Shown: positions 1-10,544 of the stretch, piece after piece
Layout of the letters: every line of letters begins with the position of its first letter
Position numbering within the stretch: the stretch's first letter is position 1
NCBI GenBank assembly: GCA_023213235.1
Contig: CP096137.1
Location: 71,587 to 135,586 of the forward strand
Length of the DNA stretch: 64,000 nt
From: Elusimicrobiota bacterium
Lineage (GTDB): Bacteria; Elusimicrobiota; Elusimicrobia; UBA1565; UBA9628
Direction of reading: 5' to 3'
Notes under the pieces: model-generated
Database searches by the model: none
What the model was told of the DNA's origin: nothing
What the model saw: the letters and a program-made list of their open reading frames with translations, nothing else
Program-made: the position numbers and the translations under genes

Positions 1-716
1 GCGGCGGCCCGCGTCGTGCAGGAGGCCGGCCGTGCGCGCGGCGTCCGGGCTCGCGCCGTGGCGGCGCGCGAGGGACTCGGCGAGGGCGGCGACGTGGACC
101 GTGTGTTCGAAGCGCGCGGGCGACAGGTCCTCGCGCAGCCTTTCGAGCGTCCGGAGGCCGTACAGGCGGCGCTTTTCGATGAAGCGGGCGACCGCCGGAG
201 CGAGCAGCCCCGACACGTCGCGCCCGAGCGCCAGCGCGGAACGGACCTCCGTCGAGGAGACGTCTCTCGGGCTGCCCGGCAGGGCGCGGAAGTGGGCCGG
301 CGGCCGCCCTCGGCGCCGGGGCGGCGCGCGTACCACCACGTCGCCATGCGCGCGAGCTTGCGCGCGTCCTTCCAGCGCGGAAACGAGCAGGCCGAGTCCT
401 GGCCGCACGCGAAATGCAGTTCGCCGTGCAGCGCCGAGAGGGTCTCGTACGTGTAGACCTGGCGGCGCGCGCGGACCTCGGTCAGGTTGAGGCGCGCGAC
501 CCGGCGCCAGTGCGCGGGCAGGCCCTCGAGCACGCCGGCGCGCGTCATCGCGACGCGTTCCGCGGTGCCGGCGGTGGCAGTCCCCTTGAACGGGGAACGG
601 AACGCCGGCACGATCTCGATGCGGTCGGGGCGCACGCGCTGCGCCGCGGCGTGGAGCACCGCGGAGTGGCCGAGATGCGGCGGATCGAACGAGCCGCCGA
701 ACACGAGAGTCTTCAC
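1..716 (-). CDS. nadD: Nicotinate-nucleotide adenylyltransferase (NadD) continuing in-frame into an HD-domain (YqeK-like) region. The 3' end runs off the window, and there is one apparent 1-nt frame break near 340-350.
   Basis: Absent from the ORF track because it has no stop inside the window. My minus-strand translation from GTG at 716 reads VKTLVFGGSFDPPHLGHSAVLHAAAQRV..IEIVPAFRSPFK. In the -1 frame it continues ..VVVRAPP..PRDVSSTEVRSAL..FIEKRRLYG and then ..RFEHTVHVAALAESLARRHG..AGLLHDAGRR (HD motif). Confidence 0.75.
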   Translation of the reverse strand, partial: MKTLVFGGSFDPPHLGHSAVLHAAAQRVRPDRIEIVPAFRSPFKGTATAGTAERVAMTRAGVLEGLPAHWRRVARLNLTEVRARRQVYTYETLSALHGELHFACGQDSACSFPRWKDARKLARMATWWYARRPGAEGGRRPTSAPCRAARETSPRRRSVPRWRSGATCRGCSLRRSPASSKSAACTASGRSKGCARTCRPRASNTRSTSPPSPSPSRAATARARTPRARPASCTTRAA

Positions 717-722
717 GGCGTC

Positions 723-764
723 ATTTTACCTCATCTTGACAACTCCCGACGGAAACGGGATGAT
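723..764. promoter_or_regulatory. Back-to-back divergent core promoters for nadD (-) and the DUF1015 gene (+).
   Basis: Plus strand: TTGACA (736-741), 17-nt spacer, GATGAT (759-764), 6 nt, ATG at 771. Minus strand: TAAAAT (728-723), 6 nt, GTG at 716. Confidence 0.45.
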
Positions 765-770
765 GGCTCC

Positions 771-1929
<1,159 letters not shown>

Positions 1930-1933
<4 letters not shown>

Positions 1934-2619
1934 AGTTCTCCGTCGTCGTCGCGGCGCGCAACGAGGGACCGCAGATCGGCTCCTCGCTCAAGCGCCTGCG
2001 CCAGATCTCCCAGACGAGCCCGATGGAGGTCATCGTCGTCGACGGCGGCTCCGACGACGGCACCGTCGAGGCCGCGCGCGAGTGGGCCGACGAGGTCGTC
2101 GCGCTCGGCAAGCCCAATCGCGGCGCGCAGTGGCACGCGGGCGCCGAGAAGGCGACGGGCGACCTGCTCTTCTTCCTGCGCGCCGACGCCCAGCCTCCGG
2201 GCAACTGGCAGCAGGCCCTCGAGCACTTCTGGCTCGCGACGCCGACGGGCGGACTCGCGGCGACGGCGTTCTCCGTCTCATACGGGAGCGGACTCGGCCT
2301 CAATATGCTCTCGATGTGGTCCAACGCGCGCGTGCGCTCGGGCCTCGCCTCCTCCGACCACGGGATCTGCACGACGCCGGAGATCTACAAGGCCGTCGGC
2401 GGCTTCCCCGAGTTCCCCGTGCTCGAGGACCTCGAGTTCTCGCGCCGCCTCACGGCGCGCGGCCGCATCGCGCTGCTGCCCGAGCGCGTCCGCCCCGCCG
2501 CCCGCCACGTGCACTCCGGCGGGCCGGTGTCCTACATGCTGCGCCGCCTGTGGCTCGAGACTCGCTACAAGGCGGGCGCCAAGCCCGAAGCCCTGCTGGC
2601 CGACGCCGCGTCCCTCTAG
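1930..2619 (+). CDS. Family 2 glycosyltransferase.
   Basis: GTG at 1930 overlaps the upstream stop (GTGA). VKFSVVVAARNEGPQIGSSL..VIVVDGGSDDGT..GDLLFFLRADAQPP is a GT-A fold with DxD-like motifs. It lies in frame within ORF 1693..2619. Confidence 0.8.
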
Positions 2620-2628
2620 AATCGTTAG

Positions 2629-2708
2629 AGGGTGTCAGGCCTAACAATTAACGATTCCAATGGATGCGCGCATTCCGGGGAATCGTTAATTGTTAGGCCT
2701 GACACCCT
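2629..2708. repeat. Hairpin element E1 of the GGTGTCAGGCCT family: 30-bp perfect stem with a 20-nt loop.
   Basis: Left arm is AGGGTGTCAGGCCTAACAATTAACGATTCC (2629-2658). The right arm is its exact reverse complement (2679-2708). The loop AATGGATGCGCGCATTCCGG contains the palindrome ATGCGCGCAT. I checked the pairing base by base. Confidence 0.9.
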
Positions 2709-2712
2709 ATAA

Positions 2713-3736
2713 CTATTCGGCCAACAAGACGGGCACGGTGGGGGAGGCGCGTCGGCGGGGAGCTGATCGAAGAAGTCCGAGATCAGCTTGGCGATGAGGT
2801 CGCAGTCCATCGTGTTGCACACGGCCACGCGCATCACCTTGTTGTGCGGCAGGCCCTGCGTGTACCAGACGGTGATGCGGCGCATGTTGAGCGCGGCGCC
2901 GCGGTCGCCGATCAGGGAGCGCTCGAGCGCGAAGTGCTTGAGCAAGGTCTCCTTTCTTTCCGCGACGGAGGGGACGTAGGGAGCGTCGATGCGTCCTTCC
3001 AGCCCGTCGTCGAGGTTCTTGTAGATCCACGGGTTGCCGAGGCCGCCGCGGCCGATCATGACGCCGTCGCAGCCGGAGACCTCGCGGATGCGCTTGGCGT
3101 CGGCGGCGGTGAGCACGTCGCCGTTGCCGATGACGGGGATCTTGACCGCGGCCTTCACCTTTCCGATGGCCTCCCAGTCCGAGCGGCCGGAGTAGCCCTG
3201 CGCCTGGGTGCGGCCGTGGATCGTGACGGCCGAGAGTCCCGCGGCCTCGGCCCGCTTCGCCAGCTCGACGGCCTCGTCGCCCGACGGGTCCTTGAAGCCC
3301 TTGCGCGTCTTCATCGTGACGGGAATCCTCGACGGGACGGCGTCGCGGACGGCGCGAAAAACCCTCTCCGCGCCGGCGGGATCCTTGAGCATCGCCGAGC
3401 CCTCGCCGTTGCCGACGACCTTCTTCACCGGGCAGCCGAGGTTCATGTCGATGAGGTCGAAGCCGAGCTCGACGAGGATCACGGCCGCGTCGGCCATCAT
3501 CTTGGGATCGCAGCCCAGCAGCTGCGCGCCGAGCGGCTTGTCGGCCTCGGTCGTGTTCAGCATGCGGCGCGTCTTGACGTTCTCGCGCGTCAGCGACTGC
3601 GCGGACACCATCTCGAGGTAGCACATGCCCAGCCCCTTCTCGCGCCCGATCAGCCGGAAGGGCAGATCGGAGCACGCGGCGAGGGGGATTGGATGATTCG
3701 CGACGGCAGCTCGAGGCTGCCGATCTTCAACGGCAT
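2713..3736 (-). CDS. dusB: tRNA-dihydrouridine synthase (DusB-like). There is a frame break at the G5 run 3683-3687. The 3' end is either 2713 (if the G5 run 2740-2744 is also undercalled) or 2625 as assembled.
   Basis: ATG at 3736 gives MPLKIGSLELPSRIIQSP, then after one added base ..LAACSDLPFRLIGREKGLGMCYLEMVSAQSL.. joins ORF 2625..3626 (DLIDMNLGCPVKKV, TIHGRT, IPVIGNGD). As assembled, the C-terminus reads through hairpin E1. The alternative frame ends ..PTVPVLLAE* at 2713. Confidence 0.8.
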
Positions 3737-3742
3737 GACCTT

Positions 3743-3830
3743 ATTTTAGCAATTCTCCGTCGAGGAATCAGCCCGCGCGAGCCGAGCTCAACGTTGAACT
3801 TTTGTGGATAACCCGGGCGAAAGCTATAAT
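3743..3830. promoter_or_regulatory. Divergent promoter region between dusB (-) and the 2-hydroxyacid dehydrogenase gene (+).
   Basis: Minus strand: TAAAAT (3748-3743), 6 nt, ATG at 3736. Plus strand: TATAAT (3825-3830), 6 nt, ATG at 3837. A 10-bp palindrome, TCAACGTTGA, also lies at about 3788-3797. Confidence 0.45.
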
Positions 3831-3836
3831 CGGCGC

Positions 3837-4798
3837 ATGAGCAAGCCGAAGATCCTCGTCACGCGCCGCGTCCCCAGGAGTGCCTCGACCTCCTGAAGCC
3901 CCATTTCGACATCGAGCACTACAACAAGGACACGGCGATCCCGCGCGCCAAGCTCTTGAAGTCGCTCAAGGACAAAGACGGCCTGCTGTGTCTGCTCACC
4001 GACAAAGTCGATCACGAGCTGCTGGACGCCGCGCCGAAGCTCAAGGCCGTGTCGACGTTCTCCGTCGGCTTCGATCACATCGACGTCCCCGCCTGCACGG
4101 CGCGGAGCGTCGCCGTGACCAATACCCCGGGCGTGCTGACCGAGTCGACGGCGGACTTCACGTGGGCGCTCTTGATGGCGGCGGCGCGCCGCGTCGTCGA
4201 GGGCGACGCGTACATGCGCGGCGGCAAGTATAAAGGCTGGGACCCGCTGATGATTCTCGGCACCGACGTGGCGGGCAAGACCCTCGGCGTCGTCGGCTTC
4301 GGCCGCATCGGACAGGCCGTGGCCAAGCGGGCGACCGGCTTCTCGATGAAGATACTTTACTACGACACGCGCCGCGCCGATCCGGCGCACGAGGCCGCGC
4401 TCGGCGCGAAGTTCGTCTCGATGGACGAACTGCTCGCCGAGTCCGACTACGTGAGCCTTCACACCGTGCTCGACGCGAGCACGCGTCACTTGATCGACGC
4501 GAAGGCCTTCGCGAAGATGAAGCGCTCCGCGTACCTGATCAACGCCGCGCGCGGGCCGATCGTCGACGAGAAGGCGCTCGTCAAGGCGCTCAAGACGAAC
4601 CGCATCCGGGGTGCGGCGCTCGACGTCTACGAGTGGGAGCCGAAGATGGCGCCCGGCCTGGCGTCCTGCAGAAACGCGGTGCTCGCGCCGCACCTGGCCT
4701 CCGCCACGCTCGAGACGCGGACCAAGATGGGGCAGATGTCGGCCCAGGGCCTCATCGACAGCTTGGCCGGAAGGCGCTCGCCGTACCGCGTGGCCTAA
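3837..4798 (+). CDS. D-isomer-specific 2-hydroxyacid dehydrogenase (glyoxylate/hydroxypyruvate reductase-like), with a frame break at the C4 run 3872-3875.
   Basis: MSKPKILVTRRVP.. needs one extra C to read ..QECLDLLKPHFDIEHYNKDTAIPRAKLLKSLKDKDGLLCLL, which joins ORF 3956..4798. NAD-binding motif GVVGFGRIGQAV. Catalytic region is INAARGPIVDE..DVYEWEP..LAPHLASAT. Confidence 0.85.
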
Positions 4799-5435
4799 AG
4801 AAAGCGCAACAAAGCGGCGATCGCGGCCTCGAGCCGCGTCAGCACGAACAAGGTGACGTCGTCGCGCAGGCCTTCCTCGCGGCGCGCGACCGATAGGAAC
4901 TCCCCGAGGTTGCGCCGGGCGCGCCGCACGATGTAGGCCCGGCGCCGTTCGCTGTTCTCGCCCCGCTCGAGCAGGGCCTTGAGCTCGTCCAGCCGCAGGC
5001 GCCCGGAGGTCTCCGCGACGAGCGACTCCCAGGGCTTGCCGCGCCGCTCCGGGGGAGCTTCTCGACGTCGAAGAGCGTCTTGGGCCGCGCCGCCGCGAGC
5101 ACCGCGGCGATCACCTCGCGGCGCGCCGCGGGATCGCCGCCGGGGGCGAGGTTGAACGAGAGGTCGGCGAAGTCGGCCGGGGTCAGGAGCTTCTCGAAGG
5201 TCTCCTTGTGGTCGAGGACCGCGCCCGGCTTGAGGAAGGAGTCCTGGAGGTCGCGCAGAAGCGCCGCGCAGGCTTCATCGTAGAGGGTCCGCTTGTAGGC
5301 GCGCAGAGGGTCCTCGCACTCGCCGAGCTTGCGGCGCAGGTAGCTCCAGGGGTCGCTCTCGTAGGCGCGGACGGCTTTCGGGAAAGTCGCGGCCTCGGCG
5401 AGGCGCGCGAGCAGGGGCAGGGCCCCGGCGCTCAC
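4795..5435 (-). CDS. Hypothetical protein, with a frame break at the run 5051-5055.
   Basis: ORF 4839..5435 degenerates after ..LFDVEKLP. Adding one C restores ..PERRGKPWESLVAETSGRLRLDELKALLERGENSERRRAYIVRRARRNLGEF..LEAAIAALLRFL* ending at 4795. Its start overlaps the upstream gene's stop (ATGA at 5432-5435). Confidence 0.5.
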
Positions 5436-6145
5436 TTCTTCTCCGCTTTGTCGGGGAGGTGGTGGTTGAAGTACTCGGCGGGGAAGCGGCCGCCGGGGGA
5501 GCTCTCGTCCCAGGCGGTGAAGGTGTAGACGTTGGGGCGGCCGTCGGCCCAGGGATCGAAGACGAGGCAGACCTTGGGATCGTCGACGGGCGTGCAGGCG
5601 ACGGCGGCGGTGTGGTACGGCCGCGCCGTTCTGCGCTCGTCTCGCACGGCCCAGTGCTCGAGCTCGAGCGCGACGAATTCCGACCAGACGAGGTCGGACC
5701 AGTCGCGGCAGATGCCCTTCTCGCGCTTGTTCTTCGACAGGAGGCGGGCCAGCTCCGCCTTCCTCTCGACGAGGACGGCGCTGATGCGCCGGTGGTTGTA
5801 GGGGTCGTCGTCGGCGACCTTGGCCAGCGCGGCCTGGACGCGCTCGACCTCTTTGCGGCGGCGCGCGATCATGTCGTCGACGAGGCGCGCGGGCTGGAAC
5901 GGCTCGTCGACGCCCTCGATGACCGCCTCGCTGAGCAGGCCGGTGGCCCAGCCGGCGTCGAGCTTCTTGGGGACGATCTCCTTGTAGCGCCGGTACATGC
6001 GCTTGAGCTCGACGCGGGCCTCCACGGGCTGCTCCTCGAGGATGTCGCGGGCCTTCTGCGCCCGGACGCCGACGTCGGGGTCGGTCGTCAGCTCGGCCGC
6101 GGCCGCGGAGCCGGCGAGCAGGGCGGCGAGCAGGAGGGGGCGCAC
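5432..6145 (-). CDS. Hypothetical secreted protein.
   Basis: ORF 5432..6232. I prefer GTG at 6145 because (V)RPLLLAALLAGSAAAAE is a signal peptide and a TTGACT-17-TATCCT promoter ends 6 nt upstream of it. Confidence 0.55.
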   Translation of the reverse strand: MRPLLLAALLAGSAAAAELTTDPDVGVRAQKARDILEEQPVEARVELKRMYRRYKEIVPKKLDAGWATGLLSEAVIEGVDEPFQPARLVDDMIARRRKEVERVQAALAKVADDDPYNHRRISAVLVERKAELARLLSKNKREKGICRDWSDLVWSEFVALELEHWAVRDERRTARPYHTAAVACTPVDDPKVCLVFDPWADGRPNVYTFTAWDESSPGGRFPAEYFNHHLPDKAEKK

Positions 6146-6151
6146 GACGAG

Positions 6152-6213
6152 AGGATAACGCGGTCCTCCGTCGGAGTCAAGCCCTTGGAGCGCCTTCCCA
6201 TAATAGGTAGAAT
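6152..6213. promoter_or_regulatory. Back-to-back divergent promoters.
   Basis: Minus strand: TTGACT (6180-6175), 17 nt, TATCCT (6157-6152), 6 nt, GTG at 6145. Plus strand: TTGGAG (6185-6190), 17 nt, TAGAAT (6208-6213), 8 nt, ATG at 6222. Confidence 0.5.
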
Positions 6214-6221
6214 GCTCGTCT

Positions 6222-8364
6222 ATGGTCACCACCGATTCCTACAATGAATGGCACCTCCCGGGCCGCCTCTCGCGCCTGAAGGATCTGGCGTACAACCTCT
6301 GGTGGAGCTGGCACCCCGAGGCGCGCGCCCTGTTCAAGGAGATCGACCGCACGCTCTGGGCCGAGACCCACCACAACCCCGTCTCGATGCTGCGCGCCGT
6401 GCCCCCGCGCGCCTGGAGGGCCTGTCGAAAGACGAGGCCTTCCTCGGGCGTCTCGACGCCGTCATCGGCGCCTTCGACAAGTACATGACGACGGACCAGA
6501 CCTGGTTCGCGAAGTCGCATCCGGAGATGAAGGGCAAGTCGATCGGCTACTTCTCGGCCGAGTTCGGCGTGCACAACTCGCTGAAGATCTACTCCGGCGG
6601 CCTCGGCATCCTGGCCGGCGACCACTGCAAGTCCGCCTCCGACCTCGGCGTGCCGCTCGTCGGCGTCGGCTTCATGTACCCCGAGGGTTACGTCGTCCAG
6701 AAGATCTCCTCCGACGGCTGGCAGCAGAACGTCTATGAGACCGTGAACTGGAACGTCTCGCCCGTGCGGCCCGTGTTCGGCCCGACCGGCGGGCGCGTGC
6801 TGCTCGACATCCCTCTCGGCCGCGGCACCGTCAAGGTCGCCGTGTGGAAGGTGCAGGTCGGCCGCGTGCCGCTGTACCTGATGGACACCAACGTCGACGG
6901 CAACTCGCCCCAGGACCGGGAGATCTCCGGCCGACTTTATGGAGGAGATCGTACGATGCGCCTGCGCCAGGAAATCCTCCTCGGCATCGGCGGCGTGCGC
7001 GTGCTGCGCGCGCTCGGCATGCACCCCGCCGTGTTCCACGCCAACGAGGGCCACTCCTCGTTCCTGTTCCTCGAGCTCGCGCGCGAGAAGGTCGCGGGCG
7101 GCTCCTCGCTCGACGACGCCCTGCGCCAGGTCGGCGAGAACGCCGTGTTCACGACGCACACGCCCGTCGAGGCCGGCCACGACGTGTTCGCCGAGGAGAT
7201 GATCGCGGAGTACTTCTCGTCGTATTGGCCGCAGCTCGGCGTCGACCGCGAGCGCTTCATGGAGTTCGCGCGCGTGCCCGGCCACTCCGGCTGGAACATG
7301 ACCGTGCTCTCGCTGAAGATCGCCCAGCGCCGCAACGCCGTCAGCCGCCGCCACGGCCAGGTCTCGCGCCAGATGTGGAAGGCGCTGTGGCCCTCGACTC
7401 CGGAGAACGAGATCCCGATCGGCCACGTGACCAACGGCGTGCACCTGCCGACGTGGGTGAACCAGGAACTGGGATCGCTGTACGACCGCTACCTCGGCGC
7501 CGACTGGCGCGAGCGCCAAGACGACCCGAAGATCTGGGAGAAGGTGACCGCGATCCCCGACGAGGTGCTCTGGCTTCAGCACAACCGCAACAAGAGCGCG
7601 CTGCTGCAGATGATGCGCGCGCGCGCCGCGCGCGCTGGATGAAGGAGAAGCACGACCCGGCGCAGGTGTTGGCCAGCGGCGCCCTCTTGGACCATCCCGC
7701 TCTCGTGATCGGCTTCGCGCGGCGCTTCGCCTCCTACAAGCGCGCGACTTTGATCCTCAGCGACGTCCCGCGCCTCAAGAAGCTCTTGTTCGACCCGTGG
7801 AGGCCCGTCCAGCTGGTGTTCGCGGGCAAGGCCCATCCCGCGGACGACGGCGGCAAGGCGCTGATCCAGCAGGTTTACCAGCTCGCGAAGAATCCCGAGT
7901 TCGGCGGCCGCATCGCCTTCATCGAGGACTACGACATGCACGTCGCGCGCTACCTCGTGCAGGGCGTCGACATGTGGCTCAACAACCCGCTCGCGCCTCT
8001 CGAGGCGTGCGGAACCTCCGGCGAGAAGGCCGGCGCCAACGGCGTGCCGAACTTCTCCGTGCTCGACGGCTGGTGGGAAGAGGGCTACAACGAGAAGAAC
8101 GGCTGGCCGATCGGCCAGGCCGGCGGACGCGGCTCCGGCCCCGAGGCCGACGCGGCCGACGCCGACGACATCTACCGCACGCTCGAGCAGAAGATCGTGC
8201 CGCTCTACTACGACCGCGACGACGTCGGCGTGCCGCGCGGCTGGGTCAAGGTCATGAAGGAGTCCATCCGCTCGGTCGCGCTGGAGTACGGCGCCGACCG
8301 CATGGTCAAGGACTACTCCAACATGCTCTACGCGCCGAAGCGGGAGGCCGTCGCCTCGCGGTGA
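6222..8364 (+). CDS. glgP: Alpha-glucan (glycogen/maltodextrin) phosphorylase, GT35, with two frame breaks: the C5 run 6402-6406 and the GC-repeat region at about 7612-7636.
   Basis: Three track ORFs (6222..6488, 6248..7642, 6844..8364) form one protein. Its sequence is MVTTDSYNEWHLPGRLSRLKDLAYNLWWSWHPEA.. / ..GGLGILAGDHCKSASDLGVPLVGVGFMYPEGY..FTTHTPVEAGHD.. / ..FAGKAHPADDGGK..EACGTSGEKAGANGVPNFSVLDGWWEEGY. Confidence 0.9.
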
Positions 8365-8372
8365 CCCAGGCC

Positions 8373-10544
8373 ATGGCCGTCGACCTCGACAAGCTCAACC
8401 CCGAGCAGAGGGCCGGGGCCACCCATCTCGACGGAGCGCTGCTCGTGCTCGCGGGCGCGGGCACCGGCAAGACGCGCGTGATCACGTACCGCATCGCGCG
8501 CCTCATCGAGACCGGCGTGCCGCCCGAGAAGATCCTCGCGGTCACCTTCACGAACAAGGCCGCCGGCGAGATGCGCAAGCGCATCGAGGAGCTCGCGCCG
8601 GGCAAGGGCGCGCTCGTCTGGGCGTTCACGTTCCACTCCTTCTGCGCGCGCATGATCCGCGAGCACCACGAGAAGCTCGGCCTGCCGCGGCACTTCACGA
8701 TCTACGACCAGAGCGACCAGAAGAAGCTCGTCTCCGAGTCGATGAAGGAGCTCGGCCTCGAGGACCAGAAGAGCAAGGCCGGCCTCTACGTGAGCATCAT
8801 CTCGCGCGCGAAGGACGACCTGCTCGACGCGGGGTCCTACGAGATCCACGCGATGAACTCCATCGACCAGTCGCGCCAGGTCGCCGCGCGCATCTACAAG
8901 CTCTACCAGGCGAAGCTCGACAAGGCCGGGGCGCTCGACTTCGGCGACCTCATGCTCAAGAGCTGCCAGCTCCTGCGCGACAACCCGGAGATCCGGGCGG
9001 CGTGGCAGGAACGCTTCACGCACATGCTCGTCGACGAGTACCAGGACACCAACCACGCGCAGTACATCCTGACGAAGACGCTCGCCCACAAGCACAAGAA
9101 CGTCTGCGTCGTCGGCGACGACGACCAGTCGATCTACTCCTGGCGCGGCGCGAACATCCGCAACATCCTGGAGTTCGAGCGCGACTTCCCGAACACGAAG
9201 GTCGTGACCCTCGAGCGCAACTACCGCTCGACGGGCCGCATCCTCGACGCCGCGGGCCTGGTCATCCACCACAACAAGACGCGCAAGCCGAAGAAGCTGT
9301 GGACCGAGGCCGCCGCCGGCGACGAGGTGCGCGTCCAGGAGCTCCCCAACGAGATGGAGGAGGCCACCTGGGTGGTGCGCCGCATCCAGGAGGAGATCGA
9401 CCTCGGCCGCTCGCTCAAGGACGTCGCGGTCTTCTACCGCACGAACGCGCAGTCGCGCTCCTTCGAGGAGTCGATGCGGCGCGCGCGCATGGCCTACAAG
9501 ATCGTCGGCGCGATGCGCTTCTACGAGCGCAAGGAGATCAAGGACGCGATGGCGTACGCGCGCGTCATCGTCAACCGCCGCGACTCCGTCTCGCTCGGGC
9601 GCGTCGTCGATTCCTTCCCGCGCGGCCTCGGCGCCAAGAGCCTCGAGCTCGCGGAGAATTACGCCAACCAGCACGGGCTGTCCTTGTGGGACGCCTTCTG
9701 GGCGCACGGGCAGATCGAGGGGCTCGGCGCCAAGGCGCACAGCGCGCTGGCCGAGCTGACCGCCACGTTCGACAAGATGACGGCGGTCGTCGAGAAGCTG
9801 CCGGCCGGCGGCGCGATGGCGCTGATCCTCGAGATGTCGGGCTACTGGGCGCACATCGAGGCGGAAACCGACCACGACCCCGAGGCCGCCGGGCGCCTGG
9901 CCAACCTTCAGGAGCTCCTCAACGCGATCAAGGAGTACGACGAGAAGGAGAAGGCCGCGGGCCGCGAGAGCACGCTCGCGCGCTACCTCGAGGAGATCGC
10001 GCTCGCCGCGAGCCTCGACGACTACGACGAGAGCGTCCCGGCCGTGACCCTGATGACGATCCACCTCGCGAAGGGCCTCGAGTACCCCGTCGTGTTCCTG
10101 ACCGGCCTCGAGGAGGGCCTCTTCCCGATCGGCGGCGGCAACGCCACGCCGGAGGACCTCGAGGAAGAACGCCGCCTCTGCTACGTCGGGATCACGCGCG
10201 CGCGAGAGCGGCTGTACCTGACCTACGCCGCGACGCGCCGCCTCTTCGGCCAGGTTCAGGCGAGCCTGCCGTCGCGCTTCATCATCGAGGCGAAGCTCTT
10301 CGGCTCGCGGCGCGAGCCCGTCCCCGGCGGGCCGCCGGCCGGCCGCCCGGGAATTCCTTCGGCGCCCGTGCGCCTCGTCGCGCAGGGCTTCAAGAACGGC
10401 CAGCGCGTCAAGCACCCGCAGTTCGGGCGCGGCGTCGTGGCCGACGTTTCCGGCGCCGGCGACACGATGAAGGTGACCGTGAGATTTGACGACGGGCGCG
10501 TGGCCAAGCTGCTCACCCGCTACGCGCCGCTGGAGCCAGCATAG
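8373..10544 (+). CDS. uvrD: UvrD/PcrA-type ATP-dependent DNA helicase (superfamily 1).
   Basis: In frame within ORF 7797..10544. ATG at 8373 (alternative GTG at 8361 overlaps the glgP stop). Motifs: AGAGTGKT, FTNKAAGEM, VDEYQDTN, TIHLAKGLEYPVVFL, ERRLCYVGITRARERL. Confidence 0.9.
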   Translation: MAVDLDKLNPEQRAGATHLDGALLVLAGAGTGKTRVITYRIARLIETGVPPEKILAVTFTNKAAGEMRKRIEELAPGKGALVWAFTFHSFCARMIREHHEKLGLPRHFTIYDQSDQKKLVSESMKELGLEDQKSKAGLYVSIISRAKDDLLDAGSYEIHAMNSIDQSRQVAARIYKLYQAKLDKAGALDFGDLMLKSCQLLRDNPEIRAAWQERFTHMLVDEYQDTNHAQYILTKTLAHKHKNVCVVGDDDQSIYSWRGANIRNILEFERDFPNTKVVTLERNYRSTGRILDAAGLVIHHNKTRKPKKLWTEAAAGDEVRVQELPNEMEEATWVVRRIQEEIDLGRSLKDVAVFYRTNAQSRSFEESMRRARMAYKIVGAMRFYERKEIKDAMAYARVIVNRRDSVSLGRVVDSFPRGLGAKSLELAENYANQHGLSLWDAFWAHGQIEGLGAKAHSALAELTATFDKMTAVVEKLPAGGAMALILEMSGYWAHIEAETDHDPEAAGRLANLQELLNAIKEYDEKEKAAGRESTLARYLEEIALAASLDDYDESVPAVTLMTIHLAKGLEYPVVFLTGLEEGLFPIGGGNATPEDLEEERRLCYVGITRARERLYLTYAATRRLFGQVQASLPSRFIIEAKLFGSRREPVPGGPPAGRPGIPSAPVRLVAQGFKNGQRVKHPQFGRGVVADVSGAGDTMKVTVRFDDGRVAKLLTRYAPLEPA

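Noticed and set aside
2629-2708. Hairpin E1 as an integron attC site. It contains GCCTAAC ... GTTAGGC, matching the RYYYAAC / GTTRRRY core sites.
   Set aside because: The match arises only from the E1-specific interior (AGGCCT + AAC) and is not shared by E2 or E3. There is no intI and no cassette array. The stems are perfect, lacking the extrahelical bases typical of attC.
2625-2712. The C-terminal extension of dusB (..YRVSGLTINDSPECAHPLESLIVRPDTL) encoded by the hairpin E1 sequence.
   Set aside because: It is probably not real coding sequence. One extra G in the run 2740-2744 would end the protein at 2713 (..PTVPVLLAE*), just outside the hairpin, giving a typical Dus length. I keep it as an alternative only.
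6222-8364. glgP (two breaks) and other split genes as genuine pseudogenes.
   Set aside because: - All segments remain free of stops and highly conserved-looking in their own frames.
- The breaks sit in homopolymers or simple repeats.
- Essential genes (gatA/B, dnaX, accC) are affected equally.

Sequencing error is the simpler explanation, but it needs read-level confirmation.
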